Sequence record: MN850574.1
Direction: 5' to 3' (one strand)
Length of the DNA: 64,000 nt
DNA from: Escherichia phage kaaroe
Below the pieces are notes generated by a model. The model did no database searches. It had not been told where the DNA came from and was given only the letters and a program-made list of their open reading frames with translations. Position numbers and translations under genes: made by a program. Shown here one piece after another: positions 18,522 to 28,357 of the stretch (position 1 is its first letter; each line of letters begins with the position of its first letter).

Positions 18522-20184
18522 AACCTTGCGCTATCAAAATATAATGAGCGTGGGTGCTGAACCTGTTGAGATTCAGCTAGACGGATTCAAAAAGACACTA
18601 ATCACTGGTGTTAACGGTGCTGGTAAATCAACAATGATCGAGGCGCTTTGCTTTGTGTTGTTCGGTAAACCGTTTCGTAGTATCAAGAAAGGCCAATTGA
18701 TTAACAGCGTCAACAAAAAGAAACTGTTAGTCGAAGTCTGGTTTGAACTGGACGGAAAAGAGTTTTATATCAAACGTGGTCAAAAACCGGAAGTCTTCGA
18801 AGTGCATCGCGACGGTCAAAAGATCGACGAGAGCGCAAGCACCAAAGACTTTCAGGAATATTTTGAAGGTATCATAGGAATGAACCTAGCCAGCTTTAAA
18901 CAGATCGTTGTTTTAGGCACTGCTGGTTATGTTCCGTTTATGAGTCTTCCGGCAGCGGGTCGCCGTAAACTGGTCGAGGATTTGCTTGATATTGCTACGC
19001 TAGGCGAAATGGATAAACTGAATAAAGCGTATGTGCGCGAGATTACCCAGAATATCCAAATGCAGGAAATGAAAGCTAATCACGTTCAGCAACAAATCAA
19101 CACTCATAAAAAGTACATAGAAGACGCTAGCAAGGCGAGTGCCGAGAATCTACAGCGTTTGCAGAATATGTACGAGAAAGAAGTCGAATCAGCTAAAGCG
19201 TTTAAAGCCGAAGAAACACGCTTGACCGATGAGCTATTGGCTGTTGTTATGCCGGAAGATCCTAGCGCGGCATTGGCTAAAATTAATACGGCTATCGCAC
19301 AGATTGGTGCACAGATCCAGAACTTTGACCGTGTTATCCATATGCACGAGAAAGGCGGGATCTGTCCTACGTGCACACAACCGATCATTCAGGGTAATGA
19401 TCAGGCTGTACGCGAACAAAAAGCACAAGCCGAACATAAACTGTCTCTTATTGACGAGAAACGCGTAGAATACGCAGAGAAGGCCAATTCTTTCCAGACA
19501 GCACAAACTAAGGTCTTGGAAATTAAACGCGCTATAGAGTCACAGAGAGCGAATTTAACGGCATCTGTAGGTCGGGCTAAACAGATCCAGAAAGCAATTC
19601 AGGAATTACAAAAAGAAAGGGTTGACAATTCCGAAGAACTTGCTAAACTGGAACACGAACTGGTAGAGATTACTAATGAAAAATCAAAGCTAGTTCTTGA
19701 AAAATATCACCGTGGATTTGTAACAGAAATGTTGAAGGATTCCGGTGTTAAGGCGTCTATCGTCAAGAAATATATTCCATATTTCAATGATCGGATTGCG
19801 TATTATCTTGATATCATGGAAGCGGATTATATCTTTACGCTAGATGAAGAGTTTAACGAAACAATCAAATCACGGGGGCGGGAATCGTTTTCGTATACAT
19901 CATTCAGTCAAGGCGAAAAAGCACGTATTGACCTTGCGATGCTCTTTACATGGCGTGATGTTGCTGGTAAAGTATCTGGTACTAATATTTCTTTGTTGGT
20001 ACTCGACGAAATTTATGATGGGGCTACGGACGTTCAGGGCGTAAAAGCACTTGATTCCATCATTGACAAGTTAGATGATAACGTGTATATTATCAGCCAT
20101 CGTGACCATAACCCTGATGATTTTAGCCGTCATCTCAAGATGGTTAAACGTGGGCGATTCACTGAAATGAATGTTAACATTTGA
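18502..20184 (+). CDS. 46: recombination ATPase subunit gp46 (Rad50/SbcC-like)
   Basis: YQNIMSVG..TGVNGAGKST Walker A, central coiled coil with CPTC zinc hook, C-terminal LLVLDE; matches recalled T4 gp46. Confidence 0.9.
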   Translation: MAKLNFKTLRYQNIMSVGAEPVEIQLDGFKKTLITGVNGAGKSTMIEALCFVLFGKPFRSIKKGQLINSVNKKKLLVEVWFELDGKEFYIKRGQKPEVFEVHRDGQKIDESASTKDFQEYFEGIIGMNLASFKQIVVLGTAGYVPFMSLPAAGRRKLVEDLLDIATLGEMDKLNKAYVREITQNIQMQEMKANHVQQQINTHKKYIEDASKASAENLQRLQNMYEKEVESAKAFKAEETRLTDELLAVVMPEDPSAALAKINTAIAQIGAQIQNFDRVIHMHEKGGICPTCTQPIIQGNDQAVREQKAQAEHKLSLIDEKRVEYAEKANSFQTAQTKVLEIKRAIESQRANLTASVGRAKQIQKAIQELQKERVDNSEELAKLEHELVEITNEKSKLVLEKYHRGFVTEMLKDSGVKASIVKKYIPYFNDRIAYYLDIMEADYIFTLDEEFNETIKSRGRESFSYTSFSQGEKARIDLAMLFTWRDVAGKVSGTNISLLVLDEIYDGATDVQGVKALDSIIDKLDDNVYIISHRDHNPDDFSRHLKMVKRGRFTEMNVNI

Positions 20185-20401
20185 CAGAGTAACGCAGCCG
20201 GAGTTAGAATTGTATACATTAATCAATCTATATTCCGGTGAAGAATATGTAGTTAGTATGGGGGATATGAAAAACAGCATATACAGCGATGAAGACATAA
20301 CAAAAATGTTGTCTTGTCGTCATCATGAGTTTATGCTGGTCCCCAACTTTGATAAACTTGATTACCCTGATGCTGGGGTTGCAACAAACTTTAGAACGTG
20401 A
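20171..20401 (+). CDS. hypothetical protein
   Basis: ORF overlapping end of gene 46. Confidence 0.4.
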   Translation: MLTFDRVTQPELELYTLINLYSGEEYVVSMGDMKNSIYSDEDITKMLSCRHHEFMLVPNFDKLDYPDAGVATNFRT

Positions 20402-20431
20402 TATACTGATTTTATTTTGGAGATTAATATT

Positions 20432-20809
20432 ATGACTACTTCCGCAAACCTGGCTAAAATTACTGTAGCAGACATTCAGAACAAGAAAACCAGTCTCGAA
20501 TTTGACCGAGCAATGAACAAGATACGTAAAGCGTGGGGACTACAAATGCCGGAAAGCGAGAAAGCTAAAATGAAGGTTATCCCGCAGCAAGCACGCTTTG
20601 AACTGTACGCGCATATTGATGATATGGTGCAAAAAGAATGGATCGCGGCAATGCGCAAGTATTACGATGATTCAATTGCTAAAGGTGCTAAAACTATTCG
20701 AGGTAAAGATATTCTCGAAAAGGGTTATCAGATTGACACTGATGAACTGCTGATTGAAGCCGCTAGCGTAGTAGTAACTCGTCTGATCGCAATTGCTGAT
20801 GGGAAGTGA
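20432..20809 (+). CDS. hypothetical protein (occupies the position of rpbA in T4)
   Basis: ORF between 46 and 45; assignment positional only. Confidence 0.4.
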   Translation: MTTSANLAKITVADIQNKKTSLEFDRAMNKIRKAWGLQMPESEKAKMKVIPQQARFELYAHIDDMVQKEWIAAMRKYYDDSIAKGAKTIRGKDILEKGYQIDTDELLIEAASVVVTRLIAIADGK

Positions 20810-20813
20810 TAGA

Positions 20814-21191
20814 ATGAAACGTATGAGCTTAAAAGAACAAATGCTATTCATCCTACAAAATCGTAAATTATGTCATATTCCGTTTGACTATATCAAAGAT
20901 AATGATGTAATGAACTACCGTCACGGGATAGAATGTATTGAGTGGTATTTTGTCCTAGATAAATTTGTTGATGATGTGATTCGTCGTAAACTTGCGTTTG
21001 ATGTTCGTGGTGATCTGGTATATCTCGACGGCAAAAAGACCGCAAAGAATCCTGTTACTGTCTATGCTCTGCAACAATACTTGACAGCTTACATTGGATT
21101 GAAGTATACTCACTCATCCGACAAGGAAGCCGAGAAAAAATTTATCGAAAGAATGCTAAAGATTCAAAATGAGCACGCAGTAAACCCGTAA
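20814..21191 (+). CDS. hypothetical protein
   Basis: ORF with GGGAAG RBS. Confidence 0.45.
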   Translation: MKRMSLKEQMLFILQNRKLCHIPFDYIKDNDVMNYRHGIECIEWYFVLDKFVDDVIRRKLAFDVRGDLVYLDGKKTAKNPVTVYALQQYLTAYIGLKYTHSSDKEAEKKFIERMLKIQNEHAVNP

Positions 21192-21221
21192 TTAATTGAT
21201 TAACATGATAAAGGTGATTTG

Positions 21222-21908
21222 ATGAAACTGACTAAAGAAACCATTGCTACCCTGAAAAACTTTTCCGCTATTAACCCAGGTATCATCCTGAAAAAAGGAA
21301 ACGTCCTGATCACCAAAAACATGACAAACGTTGTATATGGTGAAGCGACTCTGAATCAAGAACTGGAACACGAAATTGGGATCTATGATCTTAACTCTTT
21401 CTTGGGTATTCTGAATCTGGTAGGCGATGAAGCAGATATTACGGTTGACGACCGCACTGGTAACATTCGTGTGTCTAATGATCGTCTGAAAATTAATTAC
21501 CCTGGTGCTAGTGCTGCTGCTATCGTATCACCGAAAGGCCGAGTTACTCCACCTGCAAGCGATGTAGATTACGAACTGAGCAACGACGATCTGAAACAGC
21601 TTATGAAAATGAGCAATCAGCTTAAAGTGGATCGCCTTGAATTTCTTCCGATTGATGGTCGTCTGATGATCAAAGGTTGGGAAGAGATTGACAAAAATAA
21701 TCCTAATGAGATGTTTTGTCTTGATATGGGCGAATATACCGGAACCGCAGACTTCCATTTCTTTATTCGTAAAGATAACATGAAACTGGTTGCTACTGAC
21801 TTCGGCGATTACAAACTGAGCTTCACTCGCCGTAAGGCTGTATGGCTGGCAAGTGAAACCGTATCTTATATGATCGCGTGTGACCTTGACTCCAGCTACA
21901 CCGACTAA
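21222..21908 (+). CDS. 45: sliding clamp gp45
   Basis: MKLTKETIATLKNFSAINPGIILK colinear with recalled T4 gp45 N-terminus; 228 aa. Confidence 0.9.
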   Translation: MKLTKETIATLKNFSAINPGIILKKGNVLITKNMTNVVYGEATLNQELEHEIGIYDLNSFLGILNLVGDEADITVDDRTGNIRVSNDRLKINYPGASAAAIVSPKGRVTPPASDVDYELSNDDLKQLMKMSNQLKVDRLEFLPIDGRLMIKGWEEIDKNNPNEMFCLDMGEYTGTADFHFFIRKDNMKLVATDFGDYKLSFTRRKAVWLASETVSYMIACDLDSSYTD

Positions 21909-21920
21909 TATAATGTTTGT

Positions 21921-21941
21921 GGGGAGTATAAAATACTCCCC
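21921..21941 (+). other. GGGGAGTA/TACTCCCC hairpin with TATAAAAT in loop region
   Basis: 8-bp stem with 5-nt loop between genes 45 and 44; same arm sequence as the PeSL-like promoters. Confidence 0.45.
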
Positions 21942-21974
21942 GTTTTAATGATGTAATTTGTGAGAGGTGATTAT

Positions 21975-22949
21975 ATGCTGAGTGTTAATGAAAATGAGTT
22001 TCAGTGGGAACAGAAATACCGTCCGAAATCAATTTCTGAATGTATTCTGCCGGAAGCAGATAAAAAGATCTTCGCGCAGATTGTTAAGCAAGGCCGAATC
22101 CCTTCTATGATCCTGCATAGCCCATCGCCGGGTACTGGTAAAACAACCGTTGCTAAGGCGCTTTGCGAAGATGTGGGTGTTGATTATCTGTTTGTTAACG
22201 GCGCAGATTGTAAGATTGATTTTATCCGCGATGAGATTACACGCTTTGCGCAGAGTGTATCACTCGATGAAGAAAAAAGAGAAAAAGGCAAAGTTGTTAT
22301 TATCGATGAGTATGACCGAGCGGGGTTGGCTGACGCTCAAAGACACTTGCGTAGTTTCTCTGAGGCATACTCAAACAATGTGACATTCATTATCACAGCA
22401 AACGATCTAGAAGGTATTATCCCAGCGTTACGATCTCGATTTGACCCCATAACGTTTGGATCTCCGACTAAAGATGATCAGCTTCGCATGATGAAAGAAA
22501 TGATCGTCCGGTGTAAAGCAATTCTTGATAAAGAAGGTGTGCCAGTAGAAGAAATGCGCGTATTAGCGGAACTGGTTAAACAGAACTTCCCAGACTTCCG
22601 ACGCGTAATGAAACTTTTGGACCGCTACGCTAAACATGGTAAAATTGATGCTGGCGTATTGAGCATGGTTATCGAAAGTAGCAATACCGAAGTAACCGAT
22701 GTGGTGGAAGCACTTAAAACTAAACAGTTTGCTAATGTGCGTAAACTTGCGCCGCGATATACCAATACATACGCTCAATTTGTCAAGAAACTTTATAATG
22801 AGTTGTATACTCAAGTTAAGCCAGCTTCTATTATTCGTCTCACTGAGATTATCGGTGAAAATAATCAGATGTTTGCACACGCGGCTGATAAAGAGATTCA
22901 CATTGTCTTTTTGTTAATGCAATTAATGGTTGAATTGGAGTTCGTATAA
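21975..22949 (+). CDS. 44: clamp loader large subunit gp44
   Basis: EQKYRP..HSPSPGTGKTTVAKAL Walker A, IDEYDR, SRC-like region; colinear with recalled T4 gp44. Confidence 0.9.
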   Translation: MLSVNENEFQWEQKYRPKSISECILPEADKKIFAQIVKQGRIPSMILHSPSPGTGKTTVAKALCEDVGVDYLFVNGADCKIDFIRDEITRFAQSVSLDEEKREKGKVVIIDEYDRAGLADAQRHLRSFSEAYSNNVTFIITANDLEGIIPALRSRFDPITFGSPTKDDQLRMMKEMIVRCKAILDKEGVPVEEMRVLAELVKQNFPDFRRVMKLLDRYAKHGKIDAGVLSMVIESSNTEVTDVVEALKTKQFANVRKLAPRYTNTYAQFVKKLYNELYTQVKPASIIRLTEIIGENNQMFAHAADKEIHIVFLLMQLMVELEFV

Positions 22950-23527
22950 TGTTAGGTCAATTTTTCGGTGAAGATGATACACAATTAAACGAGCATGAAA
23001 TTGCATGGCGCTCTCGTGATTGGGAAAAGGTGTCTGAATTAGCGGATACATTCACCGAGAAAACCGACAATGCATTATTTGCTCTGATGGATCATATCAC
23101 TTTAGATAAACAGCGCGTTAATGTGGGAAACAATTCTGCATATAACCAGAGATGGATTAACACCGCTCTTTCCCAGCACGCAGATTGCCTATATAGCGCG
23201 TATGTGATGAATTTAATCGGTCATGGCCTCCCAGATCAAATGCATTTTGATTATCTCTTACAGAGTATTTCTAAGGGGAAACGATACGGTAAATGGGCTA
23301 AACTAACAGAAGAATTGGACCAAAAATTGGTTTTAATGGCAGTGGCGAAAGCATATTGTGTAAATATGGATGACGCCCGGTTTTATCTCGATTTGGCTAA
23401 TGAAAAGGGATATATGGACAAGTTATTGAAGCACATTAAACCGTATGCGACCGATGAACTTTTGGCGGGTGTTACTAAGAATCAGACAGAAAGGAAACGA
23501 CTTAAAAAGATTATAGAAAGGTGGTAA
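22949..23527 (+). CDS. 62: clamp loader small subunit gp62
   Basis: QLNEHEIAW..KRYGKWAKL colinear with recalled T4 gp62. Confidence 0.85.
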   Translation: MLGQFFGEDDTQLNEHEIAWRSRDWEKVSELADTFTEKTDNALFALMDHITLDKQRVNVGNNSAYNQRWINTALSQHADCLYSAYVMNLIGHGLPDQMHFDYLLQSISKGKRYGKWAKLTEELDQKLVLMAVAKAYCVNMDDARFYLDLANEKGYMDKLLKHIKPYATDELLAGVTKNQTERKRLKKIIERW

Positions 23528-23528
23528 A

Positions 23529-23891
23529 ATGATTGAAATTAATTTGATTAGTCCTGAAAACTTCCTTAAAATTAAGGAAACTTTAACCCGCTGCGGCATT
23601 GCCAACAATCGAGACAAGACGCTGTATCAGTCTTGTCATATTCTCCAGAAGAAAGGGCGCTATTACATCGTTCATTTCAAGGAGTTGTTGAAATTAGATG
23701 GTCGTAGTGTTAAAATGACGTGGGAAGATGAATTACGCCGTAATAACATTGCAAAACTTCTGGCGCAGTGGAATCTGTGTACCCTGATTGATAGTGATTT
23801 TGAAACTACCGAAGTTAATAATTTCCGTGTATTGTCTTTCAAACAGAAAGAAGAGTGGACGCTGATCGAGAAATATCAGATCGGGCGATAA
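23529..23891 (+). CDS. regA: translational repressor RegA
   Basis: MIEINL..LTRCGIANNRDKTLYQSCHILQKKGRYYIVHFKE nearly identical in pattern to recalled T4 RegA. Confidence 0.9.
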   Translation: MIEINLISPENFLKIKETLTRCGIANNRDKTLYQSCHILQKKGRYYIVHFKELLKLDGRSVKMTWEDELRRNNIAKLLAQWNLCTLIDSDFETTEVNNFRVLSFKQKEEWTLIEKYQIGR

Positions 23892-23913
23892 GATACTGAT
23901 GGGATAGGGGTAT

Positions 23914-23941
23914 TGACAAACTAAGTCGATTCCCCTATAAT
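23914..23941 (+). promoter_or_regulatory. sigma70-type early promoter
   Basis: TTGACA 23914-23919, 16-nt spacer, TATAAT 23936-23941. Confidence 0.55.
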
Positions 23942-23973
23942 GAGTGTCTTTCGTAAGTGAAGGAGTTTATATT

Positions 23974-26652
23974 ATGTATTTTCTGTCATGTGAGCGAGTA
24001 GGTGATAAGATCTACGAGCGTTATATTGATGATGCTGGACAAGAACAAGAGCGTTACGTTGAATATACGCCAACTTTATTTCATCATGCCGCGCCTGGTA
24101 TGGTTACGAATTATAAAGATATCTATGGCAAGCCTTGCATTGCTAAAAAATTCCCCTCTATGAACGAGGCCAACAAATGGCGTAAAAAGATGGGAGAAAT
24201 GGGGCAAGAGGCGCTAGGGATGGATGATTTTATCATCTCCTATCTGTCTGATACGTATAAAGGCGAGATTCGATATGACCGAAATAAAATCCGTGTAGCA
24301 TGGGTTGATATCGAGGTCACTGCCCCAGAATTTCCTAAACCAGAAGAAGCGAAATATCCTATCGATGCAATTACGCATTATGATTCCGTACATGATCGTT
24401 TCTTTGTATTTGATTTGAAAGGAAAAAACGGTGAAATCTGGGAATCTAGCAAGTCTATTCTTCGACCTGATATTGTAGAGCGCGTTGTTTATAACGTCTA
24501 TGACACAGAAGATGAATTGCTGTTAGAATACATCCGATTCTTTGAGGAAAACCGACCCGTTGGTTTCACTGGCTGGAACACAGAAACATTCGATATTCCA
24601 TATATCATTAAACGTATCAGTAATAAGTTCGGAAGTAGAACCGCTAACCGTCTAAGCCCGTGCGGTAAGATTAAATCCCGAATCTCACAGGATGATTTTG
24701 GCAACGAGCGTGAAGCATTTACGATCATGGGGATCGAAAGCCTTGATTATATTGACCTGTACAAGAAATTTAGCTTTACGACTCAACCAACATATGCATT
24801 AGATTATGTTGCTGAATATGAGACAGGAATCGGTAAGGTTGATTATGATGGTCCGTTAAAGAAATTGCGTGATGACAACCATCAACTTTACATCGATTAT
24901 AACATCGGCGACGTTGATCGTGTTCTGGCGATTGATAAAAAGCGTGGATTTATCGATCTGGTGTATAGTCTATGTTTCTATGCAAAGATTAAATTTAACC
25001 ATGTTTATAACCCGATGAAAGTGTGGGATGCTATTATCTTCGGATCTCTGAAAGCTGAGGGTAAAGTAGTACCGGAAAATAAGATACAGCCTAAGCAGAC
25101 GTATCCAGGCGCATTCGTAAAAGAACCTGTGCCGAATGCTTACCGTTGGATGATGAGCTTTGACTTAACAAGTCTGTACCCATCTATTATTCGACAGGTT
25201 AATATTTCGCCTGAAACAATCGCTGGATCTTTTGATGCTGCACCGATGCACGAGTATATCAATAAAACTGCACCACGTCCGAGTGATGAGTATTCTTGCT
25301 CGCCTAACGGATGGATGTATAGAAAAGATATTCACGGTATCGTACCGATTGAGATTAAAAAGGTATTCGATCAGCGTAAGCAGTACAAAAACATGATGTT
25401 GGCATGTGATCGCAATGCTGAACTCTGTAAAGCGATTCTACACGATGAAAATCATGTTTATGGAGGAACCATTAACTATAGCGTTGAAGTGCGTCACGAC
25501 TTTGATGAAGCGTTTAAATCGATGCTTTCTGAATTAAGTAAAGATGCCTTAGAGAAATTGCTGGAAGAATGTAAAGACGAGTCGATCTTGTGCAATACAA
25601 ACCAGCTTTCTCGTAAAGTTTTGATCAACTCCCTTTATGGTGCGTTGGGGAATCCTAAATTCCGTTTTTATGATCTCCGTAACGCTAGTGCGATCACCTT
25701 GTTTGGTCAGCTTGCAATTCAGTGGATTGAGCGTAAGATTAACGAATACTTAAACGAGCTTTGTGGAACAACCGATTTTGCATATGTTCGTTATTGTGAT
25801 ACTGACTCCGTTTATGTGCTGGTTAACAATGTTGTTGATAAGGTTGGCGGGGAAGACCGTTTCGACGATACCGAAAAACTTGTTGACTTCCTTGATAATT
25901 TCGGTAAACATCGAATGGAACCTATTATCGACAAGGGATATCGCGAGTTATGCGAGTACATGAACAACTATGAGCACTTGATGTTTATGGACCGTGAGGC
26001 AATTGCTGGTCCTCCATTGAAATCTGCGGGTATCGGTGGATTCTGGACTGGTAAAAAGCGTTATGCTCTTAATGTTTGGGATATGGAAGGAACGCGCTTT
26101 GCTGAACCTAAGCTAAAAATCATGGGCTTGGAAACGCAACGTAGCTCCACCCCTAAAGCATGTCAGAAATCACTGAAAGAATGTATTCGCCGTATGTTGC
26201 AGGAAGGTGAAGAGTCATTGCAGGAATACTACGGTATTTTTGAGCAAGAATTTAGAAAACTTGACTATCTTGATGTTGCTGCGGTATCATCTGCAAACAA
26301 CCTACAGAAATACAGCGATTCAAACGGGTATCCGATTAAGGGTTGTCCGTATGCGGTTAAGAGTGTATTGTGTTATAATCGTAATGCTCGAAAATTCGGA
26401 CTAGATCCGATTCGTGAAGGCGAGAAGGTTATGATTGTACCGCTGAAAGATCGAAATCCGTTTGGAGAAATCTGTTTTGGTTGGTTGTCCGGTACTCGTA
26501 TTCCTCCAGAAATTGAATCAGAGGTGTTAAAGTGGTTAGACTGGCCTTTGTTGTTTAATAAGACTTTCGTCAAACCACTGGAGAACATTACCACGGCTGC
26601 AAAGCTGCAATATGAAAAAGTGGCATCTCTTACAGACCTGTTTGACATTTAA
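23974..26652 (+). CDS. 43: DNA polymerase gp43 (family B)
   Basis: Exonuclease and polymerase motifs (DIE, YNIGDVD, SLYPSII, KILINSLYGALG, YCDTDS) colinear with recalled T4 gp43. Confidence 0.95.
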   Translation: MYFLSCERVGDKIYERYIDDAGQEQERYVEYTPTLFHHAAPGMVTNYKDIYGKPCIAKKFPSMNEANKWRKKMGEMGQEALGMDDFIISYLSDTYKGEIRYDRNKIRVAWVDIEVTAPEFPKPEEAKYPIDAITHYDSVHDRFFVFDLKGKNGEIWESSKSILRPDIVERVVYNVYDTEDELLLEYIRFFEENRPVGFTGWNTETFDIPYIIKRISNKFGSRTANRLSPCGKIKSRISQDDFGNEREAFTIMGIESLDYIDLYKKFSFTTQPTYALDYVAEYETGIGKVDYDGPLKKLRDDNHQLYIDYNIGDVDRVLAIDKKRGFIDLVYSLCFYAKIKFNHVYNPMKVWDAIIFGSLKAEGKVVPENKIQPKQTYPGAFVKEPVPNAYRWMMSFDLTSLYPSIIRQVNISPETIAGSFDAAPMHEYINKTAPRPSDEYSCSPNGWMYRKDIHGIVPIEIKKVFDQRKQYKNMMLACDRNAELCKAILHDENHVYGGTINYSVEVRHDFDEAFKSMLSELSKDALEKLLEECKDESILCNTNQLSRKVLINSLYGALGNPKFRFYDLRNASAITLFGQLAIQWIERKINEYLNELCGTTDFAYVRYCDTDSVYVLVNNVVDKVGGEDRFDDTEKLVDFLDNFGKHRMEPIIDKGYRELCEYMNNYEHLMFMDREAIAGPPLKSAGIGGFWTGKKRYALNVWDMEGTRFAEPKLKIMGLETQRSSTPKACQKSLKECIRRMLQEGEESLQEYYGIFEQEFRKLDYLDVAAVSSANNLQKYSDSNGYPIKGCPYAVKSVLCYNRNARKFGLDPIREGEKVMIVPLKDRNPFGEICFGWLSGTRIPPEIESEVLKWLDWPLLFNKTFVKPLENITTAAKLQYEKVASLTDLFDI

Positions 26653-26668
26653 GATAAAGTGTGTATAA
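26641..26668 (+). promoter_or_regulatory. sigma70-type early promoter followed by leader hairpin
   Basis: TTGACA 26641-26646, 16-nt spacer, TATAAT 26663-26668; GGCGGGT/ACCCGCC hairpin at 26669-26694. Confidence 0.5.
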
Positions 26669-26713
26669 TGGCGGGTGTTGGGTGACGATACCCGCCAACG
26701 TGAGAAATATACT

Positions 26714-26902
26714 ATGAGAGAAATTGAAAAGATTAAACGTGAACGTGAGGAAGGCATAGAGCATTTCAAGAAAGTTCACGGAAATCACAGCAACGAAGTA
26801 TTTGTGACGATCGATGTTGATGCGATGAAAAAGTTAATTCAAGAGCACTACAAAGATCGAATAACAATGAAGCAATTAAAGTATTACGGATTAACTGAAT
26901 AG
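26714..26902 (+). CDS. hypothetical small protein
   Basis: GAGAAATATACTATG start; only ORF between 43 and uvsX. Confidence 0.4.
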   Translation: MREIEKIKREREEGIEHFKKVHGNHSNEVFVTIDVDAMKKLIQEHYKDRITMKQLKYYGLTE

Positions 26903-26913
26903 AGGTATTAATA

Positions 26914-27984
26914 ATGTCTGTACTGGAAAAACTGAAAAAGAACTCTACCCTGAAAACTACTGCGGTACTGTCTAAATCCAGCTTCTTTAACGAAAAAACA
27001 AATACTCGCACTAAGATCCCGATGCTGAATATTGCGTTTTCAGGTGATCTTAAAAAAGGCTTTCAATCTGGTCTGATTTTCTTTGCTGGTCCGTCTAAGC
27101 ACTTTAAATCAAACATGGGATTAACTTGTGTTAGTGCATACATGAAACAGAATCCTGATGCGGCGTGTTTGTTCTTTGATTCTGAGTTCGGTATTACACC
27201 CGCTTATCTTGAATCTATGGGTGTAGATCCTGATCGCGTGGTGCATGTTCCAATCAAGAACATCGAAGAACTTAAATTTGAAATCATGAACCAGCTTGAG
27301 CAAATTACCCGTGAAGATAAAGTGATCATCTTTATTGACTCAATCGGTAACTTAGCAAGTAAAAAAGAAGTTGAAGACGCGATTAATGAGAAATCTGCAC
27401 AGGATATGACGCGAGCTAAAGCACTTAAAGGCTTGTTCCGTATGGTGACGCCATATCTGACTATGAATGATATCCCGTGCATCGCTATTAACCACACTTA
27501 CGAAACACAAGAAATGTTTAGTAAGACCGTTATGTCCGGCGGTACGGGCGCGATGTATTCAGCCAATGAAGTTTTCATTATTGGTCGTCGTCAGCAGAAA
27601 GAAGGAACCGAAATTACTGGTTATGATTTTATCCTGAATGCGGAAAAATCACGAACCGTTAAAGAAAAATCTAAGTTCCCGATTAGCGTAACATTTAGCG
27701 GTGGCATCGATCCTTATTCCGGTTTGCTGGAGTTGGCTGTAGAGTTAGGTTGGGTAGTGAAACCGTCAAACGGCTGGTATTCTCGTTCAATCCTGAATAC
27801 TGAGACCGGAGAGATGGAAACCGAAGAACGCAAGTTCCGTGCTAAAGAAACCAATAGCATTGAGTTCTGGAAACCGCTTCTGACAAACGATAAGTTTAAC
27901 GAAGCAATCAACGATCATTATAAGCTGGGGCAAGTGATCAGCGACGAAGCAGTTGACAAAGAAATCGAAGATATGTTAGCATAA
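26914..27984 (+). CDS. uvsX: recombinase UvsX (RecA-like)
   Basis: KIPMLNIAFSG..AGPSKHFKSN Walker A-like region and FIDSIGNLASKKE; colinear with recalled T4 UvsX. Confidence 0.95.
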   Translation: MSVLEKLKKNSTLKTTAVLSKSSFFNEKTNTRTKIPMLNIAFSGDLKKGFQSGLIFFAGPSKHFKSNMGLTCVSAYMKQNPDAACLFFDSEFGITPAYLESMGVDPDRVVHVPIKNIEELKFEIMNQLEQITREDKVIIFIDSIGNLASKKEVEDAINEKSAQDMTRAKALKGLFRMVTPYLTMNDIPCIAINHTYETQEMFSKTVMSGGTGAMYSANEVFIIGRRQQKEGTEITGYDFILNAEKSRTVKEKSKFPISVTFSGGIDPYSGLLELAVELGWVVKPSNGWYSRSILNTETGEMETEERKFRAKETNSIEFWKPLLTNDKFNEAINDHYKLGQVISDEAVDKEIEDMLA

Positions 27985-27995
27985 CAATGGTAGTA

Positions 27996-28018
27996 AAGGG
28001 GCTACGTGCCCCTTTTTC
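27996..28018 (+). terminator. intrinsic terminator
   Basis: AAGGGGCtacgtGCCCCTT followed by TTTTC. Confidence 0.6.
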
Positions 28019-28039
28019 ATATCTAGAGAGGATTATATT

Positions 28040-28357
28040 ATGGATAAGAAACCAACAAGTTTAGAAGAAGCACACGGCTTGATTCAAGAAGCAATGAAGA
28101 CAGTTATTCAGGAATTGATAATTGTTGATGAAGAGGGAGAGCATCATATTGTCTATATTCATAATGTTGAATACGATCCAGACACTAAAGGTATTGTGGT
28201 CGACTACTCCACGCCGTCAGATCGTGATGTGGTATATCCACACGTCATTAAGGCGTTAACCGCGCAGATCAAAGAAGCAGAAGAAAAGTTGAAAAAAGAA
28301 ACTTTCTGGTATAAACTCAAGACCTTTGTTATGCGTGTAGTTGGGGGCTATGTATGA
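28040..28357 (+). CDS. hypothetical protein (occupies the position of gene 40 in T4)
   Basis: GAGAGGATTATATTATG start; assignment positional only. Confidence 0.4.
   Translation: MDKKPTSLEEAHGLIQEAMKTVIQELIIVDEEGEHHIVYIHNVEYDPDTKGIVVDYSTPSDRDVVYPHVIKALTAQIKEAEEKLKKETFWYKLKTFVMRVVGGYV

Noticed and set aside
20417-20809. Assignment as RpbA
   Set aside because: Only the position between 46 and 45 supports it; I cannot recall the T4 RpbA sequence well enough, so it is left as hypothetical.
28040-28357. Assignment as gp40
   Set aside because: Positional only; no sequence motif I can verify.
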